Shown: piece after piece, positions 1 through 12,600 of the stretch | How positions within the stretch are numbered: position 1 is the stretch's first letter | Layout: each line of letters starts with the position of its first letter | Origin: Stylophora pistillata | Lineage: Eukaryota | Length of the DNA: 64,000 nucleotides | Assembly (NCBI RefSeq): GCF_002571385.2 | Contig: NW_019217964.1 | Span: 1 to 64,000, forward strand | Direction of reading: 5' to 3' | Program-made: the position numbers and the translations under genes | Notes under the pieces: generated by a model | The model's database searches: none | What the model was told of the DNA's origin: nothing | Seen by the model: the letters and a program-made list of their open reading frames with translations, nothing else

Positions 1-1524
1 ATTCGGTCGAATTTACTTCCATTGCGGTCTTCCTGTAATTTGTGGGCGTTAATTCTTCCCATTAAAGCAACAACATCAAGAAGATTATAAATTTTCCTCT
101 TGCTCGGTGGTGTTTATGATTTTTCATGTTGTCTTTGCCATACCTAAAAATAATTGAAATGGTAAAAAACATACCAACAGTGTTCGTTGGCCACGTCCTG
201 CCAGGTGCAAACCTCATCAGTGGCCTGAATATAAAGCGAAAAGAAAAAGACAAGGAAACTTAAAAAAAAAAAAAAATTAGAATTTAAGTGACCTGTTTAA
301 TGTATTCACAAGTCAATGTTGACAAAAGGGGTGGAAAGAGTCGTAGTTTAATTTGCACTGAAAGACGTTTTTTTTTTCCGGCGGAAATGCTCTGCTTTTG
401 TTATTGAACACCTTTTTCATTTCAACGTTTTATTTTCATAGACTGTCATAATGATAATTATTTCATTTCAACTTTTCTTTTAGAGTTCAGCGTATTCTGT
501 GACAATTCACAATTCTGTGACAAAGTTGTCAAGTTGGTTTGTGTGTATACTTTGAGTTTAAAAAGAAAGAATTAAAATTCTGTGCTCGTCTTTTATACTT
601 TTCAAATTATTTATTTTCTCTTCTGTTGCTTTGGTTTAATTTCCGTGCTCCGCGGTTAACTGTCCTGATTTGCAAAAGGGATCTCCGACTTTTACAGCGA
701 ACTAATTACGAAAAATGCTTGGAAATGTGGCATTAAAATACTTCATTTACGTGATGATCGCGACTTCGTAAACAAACACATAAAAATTTCGTAAATTGCT
801 TTTAAACACTGGTCTTTTCCTCTTCAAGATTTGACAGATTGAATATTTTATCGAAGTGGCAAGTTTCGAAGAGTTTGTTGTTGCCAGCTCAACCTACTGT
901 GAGAAACTGAAGAGCCAGCTGCCCACCAAAAGTTCATTATATAAATTATGATCTACTGAAGAGAGAGAAGATTAAAATCATCTTTTATGTACTCATCTGC
1001 GAACCTTACATATAATTTCCCACTAGAAAAAAACCGAGCGTTTCAAAACACGAAATGAATACAAAACTAATCGTTGAGTTTCTTGCATATTTTATCCTAA
1101 TTTTCACGACACCTCCAAGCATCTTGCCACAAATTGAGATTAGTAAATTAGCGTTTAAGTATTTCTAGCACGAATTATTTAAGATCGCTGACAAAAGATG
1201 CTAATTTGGAGGGTTTTACAGACATCATACTTCGTTTTCGTTGTGTTTCATTTATAATTAAAAAATGAAAAACGCGTTTGATCTTGTATAATCTACTGCT
1301 GGAAAGTGCGGCGGATAAATTCAGGTATTATGCCATCCACTTGAAAAAAACTTTCTAAAAAAAAAAAAAAAAATCAAGCAATAAAATTTCAAATAAACGA
1401 AATTTAGCAGTACTAATCATCAATATTATAGTTGACTCGTTTGCGACTGATCTGGTATCGTTTCCAGCGGCAAAGACATTTAAAGAAATTTGTTGCAAAT
1501 GCATCAAACCCGGCCAACAGACAG

Positions 1525-1740
1525 CTAAAAAACATCAAGCTGCGAGGTAGCTCCAGCCGACACGTTTTTGTCAAATTCACTGCTATAACCCAGTTTTGAG
1601 TTTCCTCTCGCTCTATCTTTTTCCAGCTGGCGTCGCCAGTAAAGACAGCAGAGTATTAAAGTAAGAACACACAAAGCCAACACTCCGAAAACCACTCCAA
1701 CGATGAGAATGGTCTTTTCTGAAATTTCCTGACTCGCCAT
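1525..1740 (-). CDS. Small single-pass membrane protein (71 aa, MASQEISEKTILIVGVVFGVLALCVLTLILCCLYWRRQ...)
   Basis: ATG at 1740 (ttaATGG); ~23-aa hydrophobic stretch followed by CC and basic residues; a candidate 5'UTR intron ~1818-1946 (gt...cag). No family recognised. Confidence 0.45.
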   Translation of the reverse strand: MASQEISEKTILIVGVVFGVLALCVLTLILCCLYWRRQLEKDRARGNSKLGYSSEFDKNVSAGATSQLDVF

Positions 1741-2329
1741 TAATCCACTGAGCACAATTAATAAAACGGCTGCTGCTGAAGTGTAAATTTTTACGCCGTC
1801 TTCGTGCTCTTGCACTTCTGAAGCGATGATTTAGATTTGAAGAAGTATATGTTTGTTATTTTATCAAATGTTAATATATGTTACTGTTGGTTCGCGTGAA
1901 TTGAGAAACTTTGCACAATAGAGTCGGCCTTTTCCAGTTAGATACCTGAGGGTTTGTAGTTAGAATTTTAAGAGGCGTTTCAAACCAGTGATGCTNNNNN
2001 NNNNNNNNNNNNNNNNAAATTGCGTTTTTAACAATCTTTTTTTTTCTTATGTTCTCAATAGGATACATCTATTGCAATCATGATTCAAAAAGGCCTGTAT
2101 AGTGAGCTCGAGAGCAGGAAATTCAGTTTCTCAAGTTCAGTCCGTAGTCGCCCGCGATCGTTAATGACAGCTGCTGCATTAAAAGTGCACGCGCAAACAT
2201 GCACGAGTTTAAAATCACGAATAAAATTTTAAAGAATTTTAACGGATTTGTTTACTTTATTTATGTCAGCGATCGTCGGGTATTTTGGTTATCAAGTTGG
2301 CACAAACATGAACTTGAGTTTGTAGAAGA

Positions 2330-5300
2330 ATGAGAATACTTACCGTTTTGTTGCTTTTATCAAGTTCAATTCCATCCCGAAGCGATTTGATTGCGAAAAG
2401 CAGCATAACTATTTGAGAAAATTCTGGCGGCGGAGACGATCCAATGAGTGTCGTGTACGAGAAAGCATGCGAGAAAAAGCTAATTGTTACCATGTCAGTT
2501 AGAAGTGGACAGGTAAGAGCTCTTTTAAGTTCTCTCCAGCAAGTTCAGTTCACAAGAATAAAATGTATGTTTTGATTACTCTTCAGCATGGAACTGAGCT
2601 TAGCCTAAAAAGAAACTGTAGTTTCAGTAAAATGGCGATTTTGCAGCAGCTTTAGGATAAGGATTTCCTTTTCCCAATATAAATACACATATAATGGAAA
2701 GCATATTTTTTGTCAGTGATTTCAACTATAGGAAGGAACCACGTTTTCATGATCACGTTTTGATGTCTTTAAGTTCCTTCAATGGAATCATTGTTCATCT
2801 TTGCGATTGAAGACGAAGGGTACCGGGCTGATGTTTATCAAGATTTTATCAATAAGCTGAAAATAGGACGATTTACTGAGATCAATTCATTTTTGCACAT
2901 TATTTTGCGGGAAAAAATATTCTTCCATTTAGATCTCCAATATCAAAATTTGTTTACAACTAACTTTGACCATATCGCCTGGCTATAAATATCCTGTTGA
3001 TGAAAACCGTTTAAACAAAAAAACTATGTGAGAAATGTGTTGTTGATGGAAGTTTATTCACAGGTGAGCTTTGATTAAAAAGGTTCCTTTCNNNNNNNNN
3101 NNNNNNNNNTGAAAAACCTGAAATGCATTCAGAAGTTTACGCGGGAAAACTGAAGCATCTCTGTCCTGACATAGTTGGCAGAGGGAACTGGTACCAGTCC
3201 CCTCTGCTAACTATGGTCCTGATTGGTTTGAATGAGGGCTGCATGGACCAAGCACTAATGGAAAACGTTGCAGCGGTTGTAAACTGTATTGTGCCATTTT
3301 TGTTGCAGGTACACAGTGAACGAGTTGGGGCGATGGGAAATGGAATTCGGCATTCACGTGAAAACCTTTGATCAAATAACCACAAAGGAAGGGAATGTGA
3401 CAAAACCTAAGTGGATCCCTGGTGGGGAGATTGTCATAGGACCACATGTACGGAGGGGAAGGGGGAAATATGGCAGGGTAGGTATATCTCGTGACAATGA
3501 AACTGTTACGTCAGGTCAAGACAGCAGTTTGATTATGTGAGTCTTAATCAGCTGAAAAGTACCTTTCACCTTAGTCCTATAGATACCAAACTCGCATGAA
3601 GAGGATTTAAAGTTACTCCTTTTATAACTAGGAAACAGGTTAACTGAACTGTGAAATGTTGAATAATGATAAATTGTCTCGTATTCCTTACAGCTTCTTG
3701 CAAGTTATATTGGTGAGTTCCAGTCCCACAGACAGTTTCCAACCTTGACTGAGAAGTTCCTCCTCATTCCGTACGTCACCGATAAGATCGACCCTAAGAT
3801 GCATCCACAGCTGAGGGTAGGAAATTAGGCATCTGTTTTTCTCCAAATTAATTTGTATTTAGCGAATAATTTGCTAACTTGGTCTGTTTAGTTTACAACA
3901 CTATCAGCGCAAACTACCTAGGATTATCAGCGGTCACGGGTGGTCCATACGCGGCTGATCAGTCTAGTGGTCCCACGCACGCGCAACTCATGATAGTGCC
4001 TCCCAGTGGGCTGCAGTTTTTAAATCACGCAGTTCCATCTTACCGATGTTTTATAGGGATCTACGATACTGACCATCGAGACAGAAGGACAGAATAAACC
4101 AACACAATGACCTCTTTTTATTACAACATTAAAAGCACAAACTCTAAAAATGAACGCTAATCATATCACAGCTTCGCTTAGCTGTGTTTGACCAATGACT
4201 CAGTGAACACGATTCATTTTTCTAAGCCAATCAGGCAGTTTGTGCTCTGTCGTTCATCCAACTTTCTCGTGAACTTCGATTAAATTTTTCGCAGGATTGA
4301 AAGGAGTGAAAAGAGACCACTGCCATCTTTCTTTTGCAGGTTTCTTCACGTTTTAAGCCGTCGGTCTTGTCGCACTCATTGATATAATGCAGCTGGGCTG
4401 ATAAGTCATAACGGATGTTTAATAAGTGTCATGCAGACGGGATGATAAGACTAATCAATACCTATTTCTTCATGCAGGACGGACCAGCGGATTACATGAT
4501 AATAGACAAACATGAAGTAAACTACAAACCGAGCGGACCTCATGAATGTGATAAGATAGGTGTCACTTATACTGCTTTCAGGAATCAACAACCCGCTGGC
4601 TGCCAACAGAAAAAGGGCGCGTAAGTTCCGAGCTCACTGGTTATTTACTTCTTCACTTGCGATAAAAAAAATGAGGTGTTCATTCATGTTCTTTCACCAT
4701 TTGTCCCCTACGATTGACTAGAATCTAATTCCCCTTAAACCCTTTCACTCCAAGAGGTGATTAACATGAAAATTCTCCCTATTATATCCGTACATTATCC
4801 AGCAAACAGGTAACGAGAATACTCAAACTTATCAAGAAGCTGTTATCCTGATCTAAGATCAAAATTTTATAAAAGAATTATAAGGAAATGTATNNNNNNN
4901 NNNNNNNNNNNNNNNNNNNNNNNNNNNNNNNNNNNNNNNNNNNNNNNNNNNNNNNNNNNNNNNNNNNNNNNNNNNNNNNNNNNNNNNNNNNNNNNNNNNN
5001 NNNNNNNNNNNNNNNNNNNNNNNNNNNNNNNNNNNNNNNNNNNNNNNNNNNNNNNNNNNNNNNNNNNNNNNNNNNNNNNNNNNNNNNNNNNNNNNNNNNN
5101 NNNNNNNNNNNNNNNNNNNNNNNNNNNNNNNNNNNNNNNNNNNNNNNNNNNNNNNNNNNNNNNNNNNNNNNNNNNNNNNNNNNNNNNNNNNNNNNNNNNN
5201 NNNNNNNNNNNNNNNNNNNNNNNNNNNNNNNNNNNNNNNNNNNNNNNNNNNNNNNNNNNNNNNNNNNNNNNNCGCTCTATCCATTGAGCTAACTGGGAGG

Positions 5301-8300
5301 CGGTATGGAGACCAGTATGGAGAATATGAATACTGATGGTAGGATGCAAAGGAAAGTAGGGTGCTTAGAACTAGAAAACTATGGAAAGAATTGGTTGGAC
5401 TGGCCCCCATTTCTGACTGATCAGGGAGGGGAAGCTCCTTATTTTATTGCTGCAAAACAGCCTATCCATAAACTGGATAATGCTGTGCGCGCTTGGAACA
5501 AACGAGAAGAGGTACATAAGTTATATACCCCGCTGATTTCCCATTTACGAAATGATTTGAGACAATTATGTCCACGAGAGTCTCAGAAAAAGAATATAAT
5601 TGGCGCTTTTATCACTGTTTTTACAATTTTCATCTTAGATGTCTCAACAATCAGCCAAAAGATTATTTTGAAGATGATCTGGTAAGTGGCGAAGTGCGTA
5701 ACAATGCTTTGAGACGCTTGATAAGGGTTTTGCACAGGGGATCTTAGTACGTGAACCAGCGGTATATTCCACGAATGTTTTTTTTTCTTGTCATTGTTAG
5801 AGTCGTCGAACCTCAGGCAAGACACCATATTATTTTCCCGAGAAGTTTGGTAAGTTGGTCGGCGTCAAGAAACGTCCATTAAAAGACGACGAACAGCAGT
5901 TCATGCTTACTTATGAGGTTGACGAAGTTATGACAAGTATGGTGACGCTTCAAATCAGTGCAGATGACATCATTCTCATATACAACAGGTTCGTATAAGT
6001 CACAAAATCGCTTCGTTACGGAAAAGTTCGTAGAAACTTCAGAAAAATGTTCAAAGCCGATTGACGCATCAGAAAAATGCGTTCAAACTTTGAAGCCACG
6101 TCATGCTACTTGGCTGCTTAGGACTGAGAAAACAATTGCTCAGTTATCCTCCTCGCCGAGTCACGACGACATGGGAAATATTGGCGGGGACCCTTTCTTT
6201 CGAAAAAAAAATTTCCATGATCTGTAGACAAGGCCTTTTCAGTTGATAGTTTCCTTTTGCTGCACCCAATTAATAGGGGTCTTGGAAAGTGCAATGAACT
6301 ACAAGTAAACAACCGATTCCACTCTTTCAGGGCCTCTGGTAAGATATTGAAGGCGTACGCCCAGGACTTTGAAGCGGTGTCACAAGATGGTCATTTGTTT
6401 GTTGTGGTTCAAAACACGGGATATGTTACAGCTGATTTCGCTGTAAGTATGATCAATTCCGTATGTATGATCAATAATGTGTCTGGCTGGCATGCAGCTT
6501 TCTCAGTTCAGAGAACTCGATAAATGTACATTGGAATACCGTAAACTGAATCATAAACGAAAAAGTATTTGTGTTTTTTTTTTTTTACACATTCTGTGCC
6601 TTTAAGGATTATACAGATATTAAATCAATTTGTAAATGTCCATGCGCTTCTTGAATTTTTCGATCTCATTATTTATAATGTTCAGGTGGAAAAATTTCTT
6701 TTTACATTCTACAGTTTATACTAGAATTTAGGAATTAATAATGCGTACCTATCACTGCTATAATATCAAAGAATTTTGCACGTTGGGAAACAAAGTGTCT
6801 TTGAACATCACATTTAAAATCCCAATTGTTCTATAGTTTCGATTTACGTCGGTTTTCTGAGGATTCTTTATACAATTTAGAAAAAAACAGTCATGGACTT
6901 GCTAACTGTTTGCTCCGTTTTGTAGGTCGTGATATCAGAATGCTCAGGCGCAGAGGGAAAGTTCAGGGAGAAATCTTTATCAATAAATCCTCAGAAAACA
7001 CACTTGTTCTCCTTTGATGTCCACGCGTATAACATGAAAGGCGGAAACTACTACTGTGTTGGTAAGAAGGGACAGTGACTCTGAAAAATGGGTTACCTGT
7101 GTAATCTGCATTGAGAGAAAGGAAACATGGCGGATTAAAAGTCAATTATTGATTTATCTGGGATGATTGCCTCCATCGAGGCCTAGTTTAGAGTAAAGAT
7201 ATCACCTAAGGCACTCAACGTAGTAGATATTTTATGAAAGGATTGTTGCTATTTTTTCAAGAACACACAAATTTATCTTTCTTAAGCTTCTCATATGCGT
7301 TGCCTCCGGCAACAGAGCTGCTTTTATATTCTGAAACAATACATGTACAATTTGGTGGTTTAATTTGCAGTAAAGCTGTTTGATTCCCGGGACAAAATGG
7401 TCGATAGCGCCAATGTCACCTTCACCACCACAGCACCGTGTGTTTGTGCGACAGGATGCGGCTGCAGTGTATGTATTGTCGAGTTGGTTTACATGATGGG
7501 TATATACGCTACATATATCAGATTCTGTGGTTTGTTTTCCTATTCATTGCCGCCTCATAGCGGCTATGAATAAAAAAGTGAAAGATCTTTCAATTCATTT
7601 GTTCATAGTGTTATGACACTGGTTTTAAATGCGTGGAAAGAGACGAGAAAGACTGGGACGAGGAAAAACCGACCGAGAGTGGCCTGGACTTTGGTGGCGC
7701 AGTTTCTGTATGGACAAAAGTCAAAAACTTCTTCAAGAAACTGGGAAAGATTCTGAAATTCCTAATATCCCCAGGTGGCATTGCCAGCATTTTGGGGATA
7801 CTTTTGGCTCTTGGTGTTCTGAAGGCCGTCATGGGCCTCAGAAGAAAAGGGGCTGCCGTGGCACGCTTCGGAATGGGTGGTGTGAAAAAGGGTCGACATG
7901 AAAAGACAAACGATGCGGGGCAGATTGTGGTAGTAGAGTACAATAAAGAAGGAGAGCAAGTCGACCCCGTCACGTCAGTATAACGATCCATTCTTGTTTA
8001 AGGGGCAGGGTGCATGTCACTTCTACCCTGATGAAACTAGACGCATATTTGCGTGTACGCAGACGCATTTAACGGAAAAATCTGGGCACAGGCTTTAACA
8101 TTTGCAAAGGATATAAAAAAATGTCATCCCCTCAGCCCGCTTTGTACATCCACGTGCTTTTCAACTAGTTCTTTAAGCCTGTACCTTGATATGTTAAGTC
8201 TTACTGATACAGATTTTTTAATATAATATAAAGTAATTATATAGAATGTCCTAGGCTGTTAAGCATACCTTTGTAAGTGGAGCTATGTCAAACTCAAGTT

Positions 8301-10285
8301 GTTGTTGTCACTCGATAAGCTGTCAAAAAAGCTGTGTTGCAGACTACAAGTGACTACTATGCTACCTGTCTCTAAAAGAATAACCTTTCTAGCAACGAAA
8401 AGGAGTGTTTTTCCAAAATGGAAACCCTTATTTAAAGTTAGTAACTTTTATATTTTGCAGTAAGGAGGTCACCAAGCCACGAAACAAAACCAAAGAATTT
8501 CTGTTCAACCTTATNNNNNNNNNNNNATGTCACTTCTACCCTGATGAAACTAGACGCATATTTGCGTGTACGCAGACGCATTTAACGGAAAAATCTGGGC
8601 ACAGGCTTTAACATTTGCAAAGGATATAAAAAAATGTCATCCCCTCAGCCCGCTTTGTACATCCACGTGCTTTTCAACTAGTTCTTTAAGCCTGTACCTT
8701 GATATGTTAAGTCTTACTGATACAGATTTTTTAATATAATATAAAGTAATTATATAGAATGTCCTAGGCTGTTAAGCATACCTTTGTAAGTGGAGCTATG
8801 TCAAACTCAAGTTGTTGTTGTCACTCGATAAGCTGTCAAAAAAGCTGTGTTGCAGACTACAAGTGACTACTATGCTACCTGTCTCTAAAAGAATAACCTT
8901 TCTAGCAACGAAAAGGAGTGTTTTTCCAAAATGGAAACCCTTATTTAAAGTTAGTAACTTTTATATTTTGCAGTAAGGAGGTCACCAAGCCACGAAACAA
9001 AACCAAAGAATTTCTGTTCAACCTTATTTTCTTCCTTATCCTTCCTTTCTTACCGCTTTTTAAACTTGGTAGAAAGATCATAAAATGTTGTAAAAAGGAT
9101 TCTAATGCAAAGAAAGAACAAGGAAAACAAGACGAAAGTGAAGAAGACGGAAAAGTGAAAGGACCAGATGTGGACATCTTTAAAGGAGACATCATGAAAG
9201 ATGCAAGTCTGCGCGCGGAGAGTAGTCAAAGCGTGAAACTTTCCGGTGAAAAAGCGGGGGTTTCGCGAGAAAGCAAAGAGAACGTAACCACGATCAAGCA
9301 AAGCCGCACAAATAGCTTAGTGATCAAAACGAGCGAGCATGGTGAAGAAAATAACATTGCAACTGGCGGAGGTTCCCAAGGAACCAAGCGCAAAATTAGC
9401 GCACAAGGGAGTAGGCGAGCGAGTAAGGAGCACGTGACTGAACCTCTAACAAACAAACTTACCAGTAAAGGAAAGGAGGAAGATACGGGAACTTCACACG
9501 TGACTGAACCGTCAGCAGACAAACCTACCAGTGAAGGAAAGGAGCAAGATATGGGAACTTCCCACGTGACTGAACCGCTAGCAGACAAACCTACCAGTAA
9601 AGGAAAGCAGCAAGATACGGAAACTTCACACGAGACTGAACCGTCAGCAGACGAACCTACCAGCAAAAGAAAGGAGCAAGATACGGAAACTTCACAAGTG
9701 ACTAAACCGTCAGCAGACAAACTCACCAGCAAAGGAAAGGAACAAGATGCGGGAATTTCACACCAATCTAACAAACTGACTGTGAAGAAAACTGAACCCT
9801 CAGAGCCACAGGTAAGAGATAATTATGTCGGTGTCTTGGAGACTGAACGAAATTTGCTGAAATTACTTACTATTAAATTATACTTCATTCTTCGGTCGTT
9901 AGAGATGAATGGAAATTGGGGTAGATAAACAATTTCGAAGTCCTTGGTACTTCGTATTGCTCTTTTAGCCGGAAAAATTGATGGTTTTTCTTTCCGGCAA
10001 AAGCCCTATCATTTATGGGACCCCTTCCCCCCACCCCTCCACACTTCGCCCCATTTTCCAATAACTTACTCCGGATTTTGAGGGACTCATGACTAAGAAA
10101 TCATTATACAGTTTATTCAAAATTCACACCCCCCTTGTTTCATTCAGGTTCCAGAAGATATCAGACAGCTCACAGAGGCTAATCCGTTAATTTATCACAA
10201 TTACTTCGATACAGACGCTGTTGCTGATGAACTTGAGGTACGGCCTGTCTCACAGTACGAACGACTCCTCGTGGAGGCTATATAA
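2330..10285 (+). pseudogene. HAP2: HAP2/GCS1 class II gamete fusogen, apparently disabled
   Basis: Exons: 2330-2512 (signal peptide, ...SSITI*ENSGGGDDP..ACEKKLIVTMSVRSGQ), 2586-~2600 (HGTE, then breaks off), 3309-3477, 3694-3816, 4478-4620 (ECDKIGVTYTAFRNQQPAGCQQKKG = HAP2-GCS1 motif), 5639-5681 (CLNNQPKDYFEDD), 5801-5988 (SMVTLQISADDIILIYNR), 6331-6442 (FEA..G.L.V.VQNTG), 6926-7061, 7371-7468, 7609-7973 (TM), 8974-9811, 10148-10285; phases are consistent from 3309 onward. In-frame TGA at 2414-2416; exons for the PTCG/SQGFCC/AHC region not found. Family identity is confident; pseudogene status less so because of an N gap at 3092-3109. Confidence 0.85.
9431..9760 (+). repeat. 66-bp coding tandem repeat (5 x 22 aa, HVTEPSADKPTSxGKEQDxxTS) in HAP2 C-terminal region
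   Basis: cacgtgactgaacc recurs at 9431, 9497, 9563 and, diverged, at the same 66-nt spacing twice more. Confidence 0.9.
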
Positions 10286-10744
10286 TAGTAGCTAGAGTGA
10301 CGTACCTCCTGTTTTACACATAAATTCAATTTCTTGTTTTGTTTGTTTGGGCTTGTTTGTATTTATTGTTTTTCAATTGGCCTGTGAACGTTCACCCTGT
10401 CTACGAAGGGCGTTTGAAACATTAATGATGTCAACGATTTGTAAGACTCTACTCACATAATTATGTGCCTATCCTACCTCTGACCTCTGTGTCGCCGCTC
10501 AGTTTGTAGAACAGTTACAAAAGTGGAACTTGATCTGATTCGAATATCCAAGGAAACTCGGATTTCCCACACTCGTTAAAGTATTCAAACACCTTTAATT
10601 ATAGTTCATTTCAAATTACACCTCAGATTGCTCCCCCGGAATTAATCTCCACTCTCAGTAGGTTCTTCTTCTCCAGTTACTCACAATTATAACAGTCACA
10701 GATCAGAGTTACATAAACAAGTGACTTTCGTAATCTCAAACCGG

Positions 10745-11111
10745 CAGCCGGGGGTCCAGCCGGGGGTCCAGCCGGGGATCCAGCCGGGGGTCCAGCCGGG
10801 GGTCCAGCCGGGGGTCCAGCCGGGGGTCCAGCCGGGGGTCCAGCCGGGGGTCCAGCCGGGGGTCCAGCCGGGGGTCCAGCCGGGGGTCCAGCCGGGGGTC
10901 CAGCCGGGGGTCCAGCCGGGGGTCCAGCCGGGGGTCCAGCCGGGGGTCCAGCCGGGGGTCCAGCCGGGGGTCCAGCCGGGGGTCCAGCCGGGGGTCCAGC
11001 CGGGGGTCCAGCCGGGGGTCCAGCCGGGGGTCCAGCCGGGGGTCCAGCCGGGGGTCCAGCCGGGGGTCCAGCCGGGGGTCCAGCCGGGGGTCCAGCCGGG
11101 GGTCCAGCCGG
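10745..11111. repeat. 12-bp GC-rich minisatellite (CAGCCGGGGGTC)n running into an N gap
   Basis: About 30 near-perfect copies visible. Confidence 0.95.
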
Positions 11112-12600
11112 NNNNNNNNNNNNNNNNNNNNNNNNNNNNNNNNNNNNNNNNNNNNNNNNNNNNNNNNNNNNNNNNNNNNNNNNNNNNNNNNNNNNNNNNN
11201 NNNNNNNNNNNNNNNNNNNNNNNNNNNNNNNNNNNNNNNNNNNNNNNNNNNNNNNNNNNNNNNNNNNNNNNNNNNNNNNNNNNNNNNNNNNNNNNNNNNN
11301 NNNNNNNNNNNNNNNNNNNNNNNNNNNNNNNNNNNNNNNNNNNNNNNNNNNNNNNNNNNNNNNNNNNNNNNNNNNNNNNNNNNNNNNNNNNNNNNNNNNN
11401 NNNNNNNNNNNNNNNNNNNNNNNNNNNNNNNNNNNNNNNNNNNNNNNNNNNNNNNNNNNNNNNNNNNNNNNNNNNNNNNNNNNNNNNNNNNNNNNNNNNN
11501 NNNNNNNNNNNNNNNNNNNNNNNNNNNNNNNNNNNNNNNNNNNNNNNNNNNNNNNNNNNNNNNNNNNNNNNNNNNNNNNNNNNNNNNNNNNNNNNCTAGA
11601 ATTAGAATCTCTCCTGTTGACTGTTCGTAGCGTTGCCACTACGCAATCTCAACTTAAAAAATTGTAGGCATAGATGTAAAATTGACTTTTGTTATCGATC
11701 GCAGTTAACTAAAAGCGCTAAGGTCTATTAAGGTTACATCCTGGTAATTATTCCTTTGATTTTTCTTTTTTGGTAGATTTGCGGTAACCAGAATGGGGAG
11801 CAGGTCTTGTTGAATTTCCCAAAAACTCTCGACCCATATCTCTTTTCAAAGTTAATGACAGCTCAAGAAGTTCGAGAACGGATTTCTTTACAACCTAAAG
11901 CTCCCTGCCTTAATCTAAAGTAATCCTCAAACTACTATGCCTTTACTTCTCCATCGTGAAGTCTTAAAGTCACTTTTTTTGAGATGACACAGCTCATCTA
12001 CCCTTTTATTCAAAATTCTAATTACCTTTCCCATTGTAAATTTATAACAGCCCAAATGAAATGTTCGATAAGTTAAAGTAAATAAAAGCACCCTCCTTTT
12101 AAGCGCAGCTTCAAAGAGTCTTTATAAGACAAAACATTTGGCTTAGCAACATAAATGAAAGCACGACAAATGGCTTAAACTTGAAAAGAGTGAAGGACGA
12201 TCGAGGGATGTAATCACTGGACGGAGGGTAGCCTTAAAAGGGATAGATCGGAACACGTAAAAGAGGCGCGAGCGAACAAATACACGCACTCACAAACACA
12301 AAATTCACCTCAAGTAAATAGCTATCCGCTATCTGTTAGTATCATAGTTCACTTTAATTTTTAATTTAGACTTTTTTTTTCAAACACTTTCAACTCGTCT
12401 TAATTTTTTACGGCTGGACTCGCCGCTTACATATGGGCTAAAACTGTACACTTCAATCTTTCTTAAATAGTACCTACAATTAAGAAGAATATGGGCCTAA
12501 ATATTTACATTTCTTTCGTATATTCTGTAATCAAATAGTATTGAGACGTCACTATGTATCGTACCACCCATTCGCATCGAATGACTATGTGGTGTAAGCA

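Noticed and set aside
1-224. Possible minus-strand exons (ATDEVCTWQDVANEHCW / KTAMEVNSTE) leaving the window
   Set aside because: Splice signals are plausible, but it is too short to assign and no upstream exon was found.
5305-5685. 126-aa ORF in a HAP2 intron
   Set aside because: Starts inside a repeat, lacks a proper acceptor, and overlaps the true exon 5639-5681 in another frame.
8028-8100. CTGATGA as a hammerhead core
   Set aside because: No stem II closing onto GAAA and no stem III.
8014-9027. Identical ~500-bp tandem duplication including the start of a HAP2 exon
   Set aside because: The two copies abut a 12-N gap; typical unmerged contig overlap.
10677-11639. (QPGV)n / (PAGP)n ORFs resembling elastin or collagen
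   Set aside because: Translations of a 12-bp minisatellite; no synonymous variation, no splice context.
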